Below, one piece after another: positions 12,725 to 21,251 of a stretch of 64,000 bases of DNA. Position 1 is the first letter of the stretch; every line of letters starts with the position of its first letter. The stretch is taken from the NCBI GenBank assembly GCA_031372565.1, contig JANMLN010000054.1, forward strand, positions 1 to 64,000, read 5' to 3'. Under the pieces are notes generated by a model, which saw nothing but the letters and a program-made list of their open reading frames with translations, was not told where the DNA came from and did no database searches. Made by a program: the position numbers and the translations under genes. The stretch comes from Gemmatimonadota bacterium (GTDB lineage: Bacteria > Gemmatimonadota > Gemmatimonadetes > Gemmatimonadales > Gemmatimonadaceae).

Positions 12725-15388
12725 ATGCCGACGATCGAGAAGCTCACCGCCGCCCTCGCAGACCGCTACCGCATCGAGCGCGAGCTCGGGCAGGGCGGCA
12801 TGGCCACCGTGTACCTGGCCGCCGACCTCAAGCACGATCGCCAGGTCGCCATCAAGGTGCTCAAGCCCGAGCTCGCCGCCGTCCTCGGCGCCGACCGGTT
12901 CGTGGTGGAGATCAAGACCACGGCCGCGCTGCAGCATCCGCACATCCTGCCGCTCTTCGACAGCGGCACGGCCGACGGCTTCCTGTTCTACGTCATGCCC
13001 TTCATCCAGGGGGAGACGCTCCGCGCCAAACTCGACCGTGAGTCGCAGCTGGGCGTGGAGGAGGCGGTGCGCATCACCACGCAGGTGGCCGACGCGCTCG
13101 ACTACGCGCACCGGCACGGGGTGAGCCAGCGCGACATCAAGCCCGAGAACATCTTGATGCACGACGGCCGGCCGATGGTGGCCGACTTCGGCATTGCGCT
13201 CGCGGTGAGCGCGGCGGCCGGCGGACGGATGACCGAAACAGGCTTGAGCCTCGGCACGCCGCACTACATGAGCCCCGAGCAGGCCACCGCCGACAAGGAG
13301 ATCACCGGGCGCGCCGACATCTATTCGCTGGCCTCGGTGCTCTACGAGATGCTCACCGGCGACCCGCCACACACCGGGGCGACCGCGCAGCAGATCATCA
13401 TGAAGATCATCACCGAGTCGGCGGCTCCGGTGACGAAGGCGCGAAAGAACGTGCCGCCGAACGTGGCCGCGGCGCTGGCGCAGGCGCTCGAGAAGCTGCC
13501 AGCTGACCGGTTCGAGAGTGCGAAGGCATTCGCCGAGGCGCTGGTGAATCGCACGTGGACGAGCACGGCATTTACCGATGGGGGCGCTGGGCTGTACGCG
13601 GGCGCTGGTCGCGCGAGTCGGCGCGCGCTCGTGGCGGTGAGTGCCGTGGCGGTGCTGGCCACCGCGGTGGCGGGGTGGGCGCTGTTACGCCCGGCACCCG
13701 CGCCGCGGGTCGCGCGCTTCGCCCTGCTCCTGCCCGACAGCCAAGCGCTCGGCGCAGGGAACGGCACGCTGGCGACGCTGACGCCCGACGGACGCACGTT
13801 GGTGTACGTGTCTGGCGACGGCGCACTGCGGCGCCTGTGGGTGCGCCCGCTTGACCGGCTCGATGCCGCTTCGTTGGCCGGCACCGAGAATGCGCTGAAT
13901 CCAGCGGTGTCGCCGGACGGTACGCGCATCGCCTTCGTCACGTCTTCGAGCCCGCGCGCGCTCAAGGTGGTGCCACTGACCGGAGGGCCGGTGCTCATGC
14001 TCACCGACTCGCTCGTGGACCTGGGCGGCGTTTCGTGGGGGCATGATGGCTACATCTATTACGACGGCCACCTCGAGGGCGACGGCATCGCGCGCATCAA
14101 GGAGACCGGCGGGCGACCCGAGATCGCGTCGCGGCCCGATACCAGCCGAGGTGAGACGTTTCACAACGTGCCAAGTGCGCTGCCGAACGGGCGCGGGGTG
14201 CTGATGGTGGTGCGGTCCGTGACCCGCAAGGGAGTCGGGTACGACGTTGCCGTGCTCGACACCAAGTCGGGGACGCACCGCGTGCTGGTGAGTGGCGTGT
14301 CCGCGCAGTATGCCGAAAGTGGTCACTTGGTGTACGTGACCGCGACGGGCATGCTGATGGCGGCCCCGTTCGACCCGAGCGCGCTTCGGATCACCGGGGA
14401 CGCGGTGCTCGTGGGAGACGGCGTGGCGGTTCGCGGGGCGACGCGCGTGACACTCGCCACGTCGCACGACGGCACGCTGGCGTACGTCGCGGGGCTGGCG
14501 CGGGGCGTAAAGCGCGAGCTGGTGTGGGTCGGCCGCGACGGCGTGGCGCGCGCGGTGGATTCGTCGTGGACCGGCGACCTGGCGGGCCGTCCGGTGCTCT
14601 CGCCTGATGGGCGCTCTGCGGCGGTGACCATGCGGGGTCCCGCCGAGTTGCAGGTGTGGGTCAAGCAGCTCGACCGCGGCCCGGCAACACGCGTGGCGGA
14701 CGTGGGTGCCGCTCCGTCGTGGTCACCCGGTGGGAAGTCGTTGGTCTTCCAGGTGCCGGGCAGCGGGACGCTGCAAACGGTGCCCGCCGACGGGAGCGTA
14801 CTGCCGTCGGCCATCCCGGGCGTCGGCACGGGGGCGCAGTTCTCCTCCGATGGCAAGTGGCTGGTCTACACCTCTCGTGGTGACATCTTCGGCCAGCGCA
14901 CCGATGGTGACACGACGCCGGTCGCGCTGGTACAGGACCCCGGTACCCAGGGAAACCCCACCCTGTCCCCCGATGGTCGATGGCTCGCCTATCAATCGGA
15001 CGAGACCGGGACGATTCAGGTCTATGTGCGGCCGTTCCCCGACACCAAGGTGGCCAAGCGGCAGGTGTCAACCGTGGCCTCGTATGCGGCGCGCTGGTCG
15101 CGATCGGGGCGTGAGCTGTTCTACTTCGGAAGTGACGCCAGCGGCCTGACCAGCCTCTACTCCGTGGATGTCATTCCGGGTGTCGCCTTCACGACCGGCA
15201 CGCCCAAGCCGCTGTTTTCGGCGGCGCCGTTCGGGCCCACCGCCACGAACACCTTCGACGTCAGCCCGGATGGGCAGCGGTTCCTGTTCTCGCGCGCGGT
15301 GGGGAGTGGAGCCGCCGAGGCGCAGCGGGACCGGATCGTGATCGTGCAGAACTTCGCGGCGGAGTTGAAGGCCAAAGTCGGGAAGTAG
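12725..15388 (+). CDS. Ser/Thr protein kinase K5 (QRD variant), TM helix, PD40 ectodomain
   Basis: Kinase of the K2 subtype; catalytic loop reads GVSQRDIKPEN; TM ALVAVSAVAVLATAVAGWALL; SPDG repeats. Confidence 0.9.
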   Translation: MPTIEKLTAALADRYRIERELGQGGMATVYLAADLKHDRQVAIKVLKPELAAVLGADRFVVEIKTTAALQHPHILPLFDSGTADGFLFYVMPFIQGETLRAKLDRESQLGVEEAVRITTQVADALDYAHRHGVSQRDIKPENILMHDGRPMVADFGIALAVSAAAGGRMTETGLSLGTPHYMSPEQATADKEITGRADIYSLASVLYEMLTGDPPHTGATAQQIIMKIITESAAPVTKARKNVPPNVAAALAQALEKLPADRFESAKAFAEALVNRTWTSTAFTDGGAGLYAGAGRASRRALVAVSAVAVLATAVAGWALLRPAPAPRVARFALLLPDSQALGAGNGTLATLTPDGRTLVYVSGDGALRRLWVRPLDRLDAASLAGTENALNPAVSPDGTRIAFVTSSSPRALKVVPLTGGPVLMLTDSLVDLGGVSWGHDGYIYYDGHLEGDGIARIKETGGRPEIASRPDTSRGETFHNVPSALPNGRGVLMVVRSVTRKGVGYDVAVLDTKSGTHRVLVSGVSAQYAESGHLVYVTATGMLMAAPFDPSALRITGDAVLVGDGVAVRGATRVTLATSHDGTLAYVAGLARGVKRELVWVGRDGVARAVDSSWTGDLAGRPVLSPDGRSAAVTMRGPAELQVWVKQLDRGPATRVADVGAAPSWSPGGKSLVFQVPGSGTLQTVPADGSVLPSAIPGVGTGAQFSSDGKWLVYTSRGDIFGQRTDGDTTPVALVQDPGTQGNPTLSPDGRWLAYQSDETGTIQVYVRPFPDTKVAKRQVSTVASYAARWSRSGRELFYFGSDASGLTSLYSVDVIPGVAFTTGTPKPLFSAAPFGPTATNTFDVSPDGQRFLFSRAVGSGAAEAQRDRIVIVQNFAAELKAKVGK

Positions 15389-15578
15389 ACGCTGGCGGGA
15401 GTGGGAGAGCGCGCTGTACTACGTGATGCCCAACCTGCAGGGGCGGTCGCTGCGCGACCGCATGAACGCGGTGGGGCAGCTGCCCGTGGCCGACGCGGTG
15501 CGCATCGCCACCGAAGTCGCCGGCGCCCTTGACCACGCCCACCGGCACGACGTCGGGCACCGCGACATCAAGCGCGAG
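15389..15578 (+). pseudogene. Internal fragment of a Ser/Thr kinase
   Basis: LYYVMPNLQGRSLRDRM...LPVADAVRIATEVAGALDHAHRHDVGHRDIK matches subdomains V-VIb of the neighbouring kinases; no N- or C-terminus. Confidence 0.8.
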
Positions 15579-15667
15579 CGTGTCGACCGCGAAGAGCTGT
15601 CGGAGCCGCGCCGCCCACCGGCGGGTGGCGCACCACCCGTCGTCCAGGGTTGCGTCTGCGCCAGCGC

Positions 15668-16756
15668 CTAGCGCTTGAGCCAGATCACGATCACCGGCGG
15701 GGGACGCACTCCCGCGCATCCGCAGGGCGACTCGATCGGAAACCGGGCGCACGCGCTTCGCGAGTTCTCGGCCCCGTCGGCGTAGATCTCCACCGCGTCC
15801 ACCTGATCGGCGAAGACGGTCTGCAGCGGCGAGAACGGAATGCCGGCGGGATCCCTCGGGAGCGCCGGCGTCCCGCGCAGGGGGCGCGCCGGATCCTCGA
15901 GTCGCTGATGGCCGTCGATCAGCACGCAGGCGTTCCCCCACCCGACGTTCTTCACCATCCCGAGGGCACGCTCCCGGATGGCCCAGTTCATCGGTGCCCG
16001 CCCCGCCCGCGCCAGATCCTCACTCGTGAGCAGATCCGAATTCACCCCCGCCATCCGGCGGCGCGACTCGAACTCCTGCCGCGTCACGCTGTCGCGCGCG
16101 CCGTAGCCGCTCCGCTCGCGCACCTCCACGGCCGCCAGCCGCTGCGCGAGCGGCTCGAGCTGCACGGTCACGTTGCGCTCCAACTGCTTGGTCATCTCGA
16201 GGCCGCGCACATGCGGCCGATAGCCGAGCTTGCGCACGCGCAGCAGGTAGCGTCCCGGGGCGACGTCGAGAAAGAGGAATCCCCCGTCGGCCCGCGTGCG
16301 CATCACGCGGCTCGCCCCCTCCACGCGCACCTCGGCGTCGGCCAGCGGATGTCCCTCCGCATCGAGCACGAGCCCCCCAAGCTCATTGAACACCGTGGCC
16401 CGCACGTCCACCGCGTCCAACCGCTGCGCCAAGGGACCGAGGGTCACCTTCACCTCGGTGACGCGGCCGTCCGGCAGGGCAAGCGGGAACTCCACCGGCT
16501 CGAACCCAAGCTTGCGGAAGACCAGCACGTAGTCGTCGGGCGGCAGCCCGGTCAGGGAGAAGCGTCCGTCGGCCCGGGTGCGCGCCCGGATCGCGGTCTC
16601 GCGCACCACCACGTCCACGTCGGCCACCGGTCGCCCCGCGGTGTCCACCACCACCCCGGTGAGCCCGCCGCGCACGCGCACGCTGTCCTGCGCCTGCGCT
16701 CCCCTGGGCAGGGCCAGCAGGGCCAGCAGGGCCAGTGCCGCACCCGCGCGTCTCAC
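15668..16756 (-). CDS. Secreted protein with two carboxypeptidase-regulatory-like domains and a Cys-containing plug-like C-terminal domain
   Basis: Signal peptide MRRAGAALALLALLALPRGAQAQ (GTG 16756); two GxVxD...T.ADG.F...RKLG(F/Y) repeats; C-terminal VDAVEIY...C...VIVIWLK. Confidence 0.75.
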   Translation of the reverse strand: MRRAGAALALLALLALPRGAQAQDSVRVRGGLTGVVVDTAGRPVADVDVVVRETAIRARTRADGRFSLTGLPPDDYVLVFRKLGFEPVEFPLALPDGRVTEVKVTLGPLAQRLDAVDVRATVFNELGGLVLDAEGHPLADAEVRVEGASRVMRTRADGGFLFLDVAPGRYLLRVRKLGYRPHVRGLEMTKQLERNVTVQLEPLAQRLAAVEVRERSGYGARDSVTRQEFESRRRMAGVNSDLLTSEDLARAGRAPMNWAIRERALGMVKNVGWGNACVLIDGHQRLEDPARPLRGTPALPRDPAGIPFSPLQTVFADQVDAVEIYADGAENSRSACARFPIESPCGCAGVRPPPVIVIWLKR

Positions 16757-16944
16757 GTATGCATCCGCACCATCACGATGGACACCGGCCGCGCCGCATC
16801 GCACGCGCACTGCGGCATCGTGATCGGGAACCGGCTGCACGCCGTGAGCGACAGCTCCGACCCGGTGGGGAAGCGCGCCACGCTCTCCACCTGGTCGGCG
16901 AACAGCGTCTGCAGCACGGTGAAGTACGGGATCGGAATTTCCAT
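16753..16944 (-). pseudogene. Orphan C-terminal module paralogous to the tail of the downstream gene
   Basis: LQTLFADQVESV..F..GSE.S.TAC.RFPI...CAC aligns by eye with LQTVFADQVDAV.IY..GAE.S.SAC.RFPI...CGC of 15668-16756. Confidence 0.65.
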
Positions 16945-17121
16945 GGGGGGTCGATCAACTCTTCAGCGAGGATACGGCGCGATTGCGGACCTCGCCAGCG
17001 CCGAATAGCGGGCGGCAGCGTGCCCGCCGTCTCGGTCGCGCGCCGCCGGGGCCGTGCGACCGGCGATCACCGTGGGGCGGCGATACGGGCGGGACCGAGC
17101 GGTAGCGGTCGCCGCGCGCGC

Positions 17122-18264
17122 TCACGGCACCACGACCAACCCCGCCGCCCCTCCCAGCTCGTCATCCACGCGCGCCATTCCGGCCGGTGGTCCCCACCCC
17201 CCGCCATTCACGCGCAGCGCCACCCGGTGCGAACCCGGCGGCAATGGCACGCGGACGCGAAAGCGCGTCCCGTCGCGCGCGAGCGGGATCGCGGCCCAGG
17301 CGCTGAACGACGCGCTGTACTCTACCCGCGCGTCGGGGGGCGCGTCCACCTCGAGGGTGAGCGTGGTGGCGCCGTCGGCCGCGCGCTCCACCAGCGCCCG
17401 TCCCACGGCGGCGAACGCCGGCAACGTCGAGGCCGCTCCGCCCACGTTCCACCGCCAGCGCAGCGCGGCGCTGACGAGCCGCATCTCCGGCGTGCCACGC
17501 ACGGGATCGGCCAGCTGCTCGCCGCCGAACACCGAGAGCCCCAGCTGCGGGGTGAGCGCGGCCTGCACTCCGGCCGTGAACGCCCGGCTGCTCCCCGTGG
17601 TGGCCTGCCAGCCCCGGCGCCAGGACCCGGACACGAACCAGTCGAGCGGCGCGGTGCGGAGCTGCACCGACACCGTGGCGTCGCGCAGGTTGTACGCCGA
17701 TGCGGCCCGCGACAGCGTGTACCCCGCGGCCTCGATCAGCGCCCAGTCGGCGGTGCGCCACTGCCGCCCCTCGACCCCGACCACCGCGGGCCCCATCGCC
17801 GCACTCCCGCCGAGCGCGACCATCGTGTTGTCGCTCGCCAGCACTCGGCGCTGCATGTCGCCGAGGGCACCCGTGGCCCAGAACGCCAAGGGCCCGGCCG
17901 CCACGACGTGCCGCGTGGTGAGGCTGCGGCTCGTGCCTGACGCGCTGCCGCCATCGAAGAGGGCGAGCGACGCCCCGAGTTCGGCGCGCCACCACGACGC
18001 GAACCGCGGCACGAACTCCGCACCGGCGGTGGCGACGCTGGCCAGTGCGCCCTCGCCGCCAGCGGAGAGCGCGAGCGCGGCCACCCAGCTCAGCTGTTCA
18101 CCCGAACGGCGCAGCCCGGCCCCGACGAAACCGGCCGCAGTAGGGCTGAACGCGGGTTGCGATACGCTCGCCGCTCCCGCGTCGAGCGTGACCACCGTGC
18201 CCTGCGCCCGTGCGACACCAGCAACGACGAAAGGGATGAGCCCCATGAGGCCCATCCCGCTCAC
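17122..18264 (-). CDS. Exported, probably beta-barrel protein with C-terminal CBM48/glycogen-binding-like domain
   Basis: Signal peptide ending ARAQ; amphipathic beta-rich body; C-terminal RVEYSASFSAW...LPPGSHRVALRVNGGGW...DDELGG. Confidence 0.65.
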   Translation of the reverse strand: MSGMGLMGLIPFVVAGVARAQGTVVTLDAGAASVSQPAFSPTAAGFVGAGLRRSGEQLSWVAALALSAGGEGALASVATAGAEFVPRFASWWRAELGASLALFDGGSASGTSRSLTTRHVVAAGPLAFWATGALGDMQRRVLASDNTMVALGGSAAMGPAVVGVEGRQWRTADWALIEAAGYTLSRAASAYNLRDATVSVQLRTAPLDWFVSGSWRRGWQATTGSSRAFTAGVQAALTPQLGLSVFGGEQLADPVRGTPEMRLVSAALRWRWNVGGAASTLPAFAAVGRALVERAADGATTLTLEVDAPPDARVEYSASFSAWAAIPLARDGTRFRVRVPLPPGSHRVALRVNGGGWGPPAGMARVDDELGGAAGLVVVP

Positions 18265-18325
18265 TCGCGTGCGCAGGGCGGCGGCGACTATCCCGATCGG
18301 ATCTCCAACGGTGGTGCCACGGCGT

Positions 18326-19027
18326 CTAGGGCTTCGGTCGAAGCGGCTGCGAAGGCTGAGCGGGCCCTGTGGGGGGCGTCGTGACAGTGCTCAGCGATCC
18401 GGACACCGCGCCCACGCGAAGGGTAAACGCCACGCCGGGGGCCATGCCAGCGGCGATGTCGGCCTGCACGGCGCCGTTGAGCGCCACCAGTTGTGTGGGC
18501 GTGGCCCCTTGGTCGAGCAGCGATCGCACTTGCGCCGCGGCACGGGCCACCGGGACTCCGCTGGCCACCAGCTGCGTCATGACGCCCAGCGGCACGGTGA
18601 GCGGCGCCACCGGCCATCGCTTGCGCAGCTCCCGCAGCACGCTCGCGCCCACCCCCACCTGCAACGCTGACGCGCCCGCCGCCACCTCGTCGCCCGAGAC
18701 GGCCACGGCCAGCGCGTCGTTCGCGATCTCGAGCCGCGCGCCCAGCAGCTGCACCGCCTCGGCGATGCGCGCCGCCGGCGCCTGTTTCGCCATCCCCTCC
18801 TGCAGCTTGGTGAGCATCGGCGCCGTGGGCACCCCCTTGGCACTCGCCTTGGCCACCGCCACGCGAATCACCTCGCGCGCCGCGTCGTCGCGCAGGGCGT
18901 CGAGCGCGCCGGCCTGCGCGAGCATCGCGCGTGCGTCGAAGGTGCCCGCGATGATGGCGACGATCGCGAGGCGCGCGAGGTGCGTGAGGTGCGCTGGGGC
19001 ACGGGTGACGCGGCGCGCGCGGCTCAC
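18326..19027 (-). CDS. Hypothetical exported Ala-rich helical protein
   Basis: GTG overlaps the upstream stop; hydrophobic N-terminus; GVPTAPMLTKLQEGMAK and PLTVPLGVMTQLVASGVP segments; lies within a coupled operon. Confidence 0.65.
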   Translation of the reverse strand: MSRARRVTRAPAHLTHLARLAIVAIIAGTFDARAMLAQAGALDALRDDAAREVIRVAVAKASAKGVPTAPMLTKLQEGMAKQAPAARIAEAVQLLGARLEIANDALAVAVSGDEVAAGASALQVGVGASVLRELRKRWPVAPLTVPLGVMTQLVASGVPVARAAAQVRSLLDQGATPTQLVALNGAVQADIAAGMAPGVAFTLRVGAVSGSLSTVTTPPTGPAQPSQPLRPKP

Positions 19028-19662
19028 GGCGCCTGCACCATCAGCACGGAGCCCGGCTTCCCGAAGTCGGCATCGGCGGCGCGCGGCGCGCGCGGATCGG
19101 CCACCCAGCGCGTGCCATCCACCAGGAACGCGTACTCGTGACGGCCCGGCGGCACCAGCACCACCGCCGCCCACGCCTGCCCCCGCTCCACGCGCTGCAT
19201 GGGCGCGGCCGTGGGCAGCCACCCGTTGAAGTCGCCGATCACCGACACCGATGAGGCTGCGGGATCATCGAGCACGAACTGCACGGCGACACGTCCGGAC
19301 GAGGCGCCCGCCGCGAGCGTGGGCGTCGTCCCCGTGCGCGGCGCATCGGCGTCGGAACTGGTGCCGAGCACGCGGCCCGACACGCCGGCGGTTGCCGTCG
19401 CCACCTCGCCGCTGCGCGACGCCACCATGCCGCGCGCCACGAAGCCGATCAGCAGCGCGGTGGCGGCCACGGCCCCGAGTCCGGCCAACGACACCGTCGG
19501 CGTGCCGAACCAGTCGGTGAGCCGTTCCCAGGCCGAGCGTTCACGCGGCACGCGTCCCGCCGTGGCCGCGAGCACGCGCGCAATGGACGCCGGCGCCACG
19601 CTCGGCAGCGGCGCGAGCGCGGTGCGCATCCGGTCGATCAGTTCGTCGCGGTCATCCGTCAT
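19024..19662 (-). CDS. Putative anti-sigma factor: TM helix plus CBM48 (isoamylase early-set) domain
   Basis: Directly downstream of the ECF sigma; TM LAGLGAVAATALLIGFVA; VSVIGDFNGW...VPPGRHEYAFLVDGTRWVADP...DFG..GSVL. Confidence 0.8.
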   Translation of the reverse strand: MTDDRDELIDRMRTALAPLPSVAPASIARVLAATAGRVPRERSAWERLTDWFGTPTVSLAGLGAVAATALLIGFVARGMVASRSGEVATATAGVSGRVLGTSSDADAPRTGTTPTLAAGASSGRVAVQFVLDDPAASSVSVIGDFNGWLPTAAPMQRVERGQAWAAVVLVPPGRHEYAFLVDGTRWVADPRAPRAADADFGKPGSVLMVQAP

Positions 19663-20197
19663 GGTTGGTCACCTCGTCGAGCAGGAGTCTCAGGGCGTCA
19701 CAGGCCCGCTTCACTCGCATGCGCACCGCCGACAGGCCAACGCCGGTTGCGGTCGCGATGTCGTCGTAACTCAGCTCTTCCACGTGCCGAAGCAGAAATG
19801 CCTCGCGTTGCTCGGCCGGCAGGTGCCGGAGCGCGCGCCGCACCTCGGCCGACCAGTCGTCGTGCACCGCGGCCGGCGTGGCCGCGTCGAGCGGGAGTTC
19901 GCGATCCTCCACCACGGCCCGGTAGCGCTGCCGCTTGGCCATGGCGGTGCGGCACCGATTGGCGAGAATCCGGAAGAACCAGGGGTCGAACGGCGCGCCG
20001 TCCACGAAGCGGGGCAGGGCATCGTGCACCCGGAGCCAACTGTCCTGCACCGCTTCCTCGGCGTCCTGCGCATCGCCGAGCATCTGGCCGGCAAAGCGCA
20101 GGGCGCGCGGGTAGTACGCCTCCACGAGCATCGCGAAGGCTTGCCGGTCACCCGTGCGGGCGCGACCAACGACGGCGGGATCGAAGGGGCCGGCCAA
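19652..20197 (-). CDS. ECF-type RNA polymerase sigma factor
   Basis: GDRQAFAMLV, DAEEAVQD, WFFRILANRC (region 2); LPAEQREAFLLRHVEELSYDDIA...VRMRVKRA (region 4). Start uncertain (TTG 20197 chosen). Confidence 0.9.
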   Translation of the reverse strand: MAGPFDPAVVGRARTGDRQAFAMLVEAYYPRALRFAGQMLGDAQDAEEAVQDSWLRVHDALPRFVDGAPFDPWFFRILANRCRTAMAKRQRYRAVVEDRELPLDAATPAAVHDDWSAEVRRALRHLPAEQREAFLLRHVEELSYDDIATATGVGLSAVRMRVKRACDALRLLLDEVTNHDG

Positions 20198-20199
20198 GG

Positions 20200-20592
20200 T
20201 CAGTTGAGGGGGACCCGCAGCGATTGGATGGTGCTGTCGATCCGGATCATCGGCGTGGGGCCGAACTGCCACCAGGTCAGGTGCGCCTCAGTGTCGGCGG
20301 GGGAGTACCCGCCGATGTTGGTGTACGGCACGACCACGGTCGCGCCCGGCTGGATCGCGGCACAGGTGCTGTCGCACGGTGCGTACAGGGCCACCGCCAG
20401 GATGCTCGGACTGATGAGGAAGTACCGCACCACGTTGGACGTGGTGTTGGTGATCGTCACGTTGGGGCGGGCCACCGTCACGAGCAGGGTGCTGCCGGTC
20501 GGGCTCACCGTCAGGATCGAGCTCGCATCGCGCCCGCAGGCGGCGAACGCCAGCACGACCATCGGTACGAGGAGGAAGCGGAGCAGGCGCAT
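20200..20592 (-). CDS. Small hypothetical lipoprotein
   Basis: MRLLRFLLVPMVVLAFAAC lipobox; beta-rich body with CxxxC. Confidence 0.65.
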   Translation of the reverse strand: MRLLRFLLVPMVVLAFAACGRDASSILTVSPTGSTLLVTVARPNVTITNTTSNVVRYFLISPSILAVALYAPCDSTCAAIQPGATVVVPYTNIGGYSPADTEAHLTWWQFGPTPMIRIDSTIQSLRVPLN

Positions 20593-20696
20593 GGACGCAG
20601 CAGTCGAAGGATGAAGGGCACGAACGGCGGTCATCCAGCCATACCCCGCCCGGGTGCGCGCCGTCACGAACCGCCGAAGCGATGCCTCGTGCGGCG

Positions 20697-21251
20697 CTAC
20701 ACGCCGTCGTACGTCGCCTGGTTCACGAGACTGACGAGGCTGTCGCTGCGGAATTTCAAACCGACGCCGATCGCCTCCAGTGTGCGCAGCCCCGCCCACA
20801 TCATGCGCCACGGAACCGGCACGAGGATCACGCGCTTTCCGGCATCGCGGCTGAATTGCCGAAGCAACGCGGCCATCGTCGTGGCGCGAGTATCTGCCAG
20901 CCTGACCACGCTGCCGGGCTCGCACTGCGTGGCGCGTTCCAGCAGTGCGCCGCCGAGCCCCGCGACCGGCAGCAGGTACAACGGCTGATCTCCGCGCTCA
21001 GGAACGGGAATCACGGGAAGCATGCCCGCAACCTTGCGCAGGCTGCCGCTCAGCCCTCGATTCGTCTGGTCGTATACGAATCCGAGGCGCACACTCACGC
21101 CGCCCATCGCTGCGACGTGCCGCTCGACGGCCAGCTTCCCGCGGCCATATTCGCTTCGGCACCCATCGAATGCGCTCAGTGACGACAGGAAGAGCGTGTG
21201 CGGAACACCACACGCGCGTGCCTGCTCGAACAGCGCGGTCGATTGCGCATC
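20697..21251 (-). pseudogene. N-terminally truncated NAD-dependent epimerase/dehydratase (extended SDR)
   Basis: The frame reads ...LFLSSLSAFDGCRSEYGRGKLAVE... (Ser and YxxxK) but has no GxxGxxG. The ATG coupled to the upstream stop is out of frame. Confidence 0.65.

Noticed and set aside
16705..16737. Tandem CAGGGCCAG repeats
   Set aside because: They encode the LALLALLAL signal peptide; not a CRISPR or regulatory repeat.
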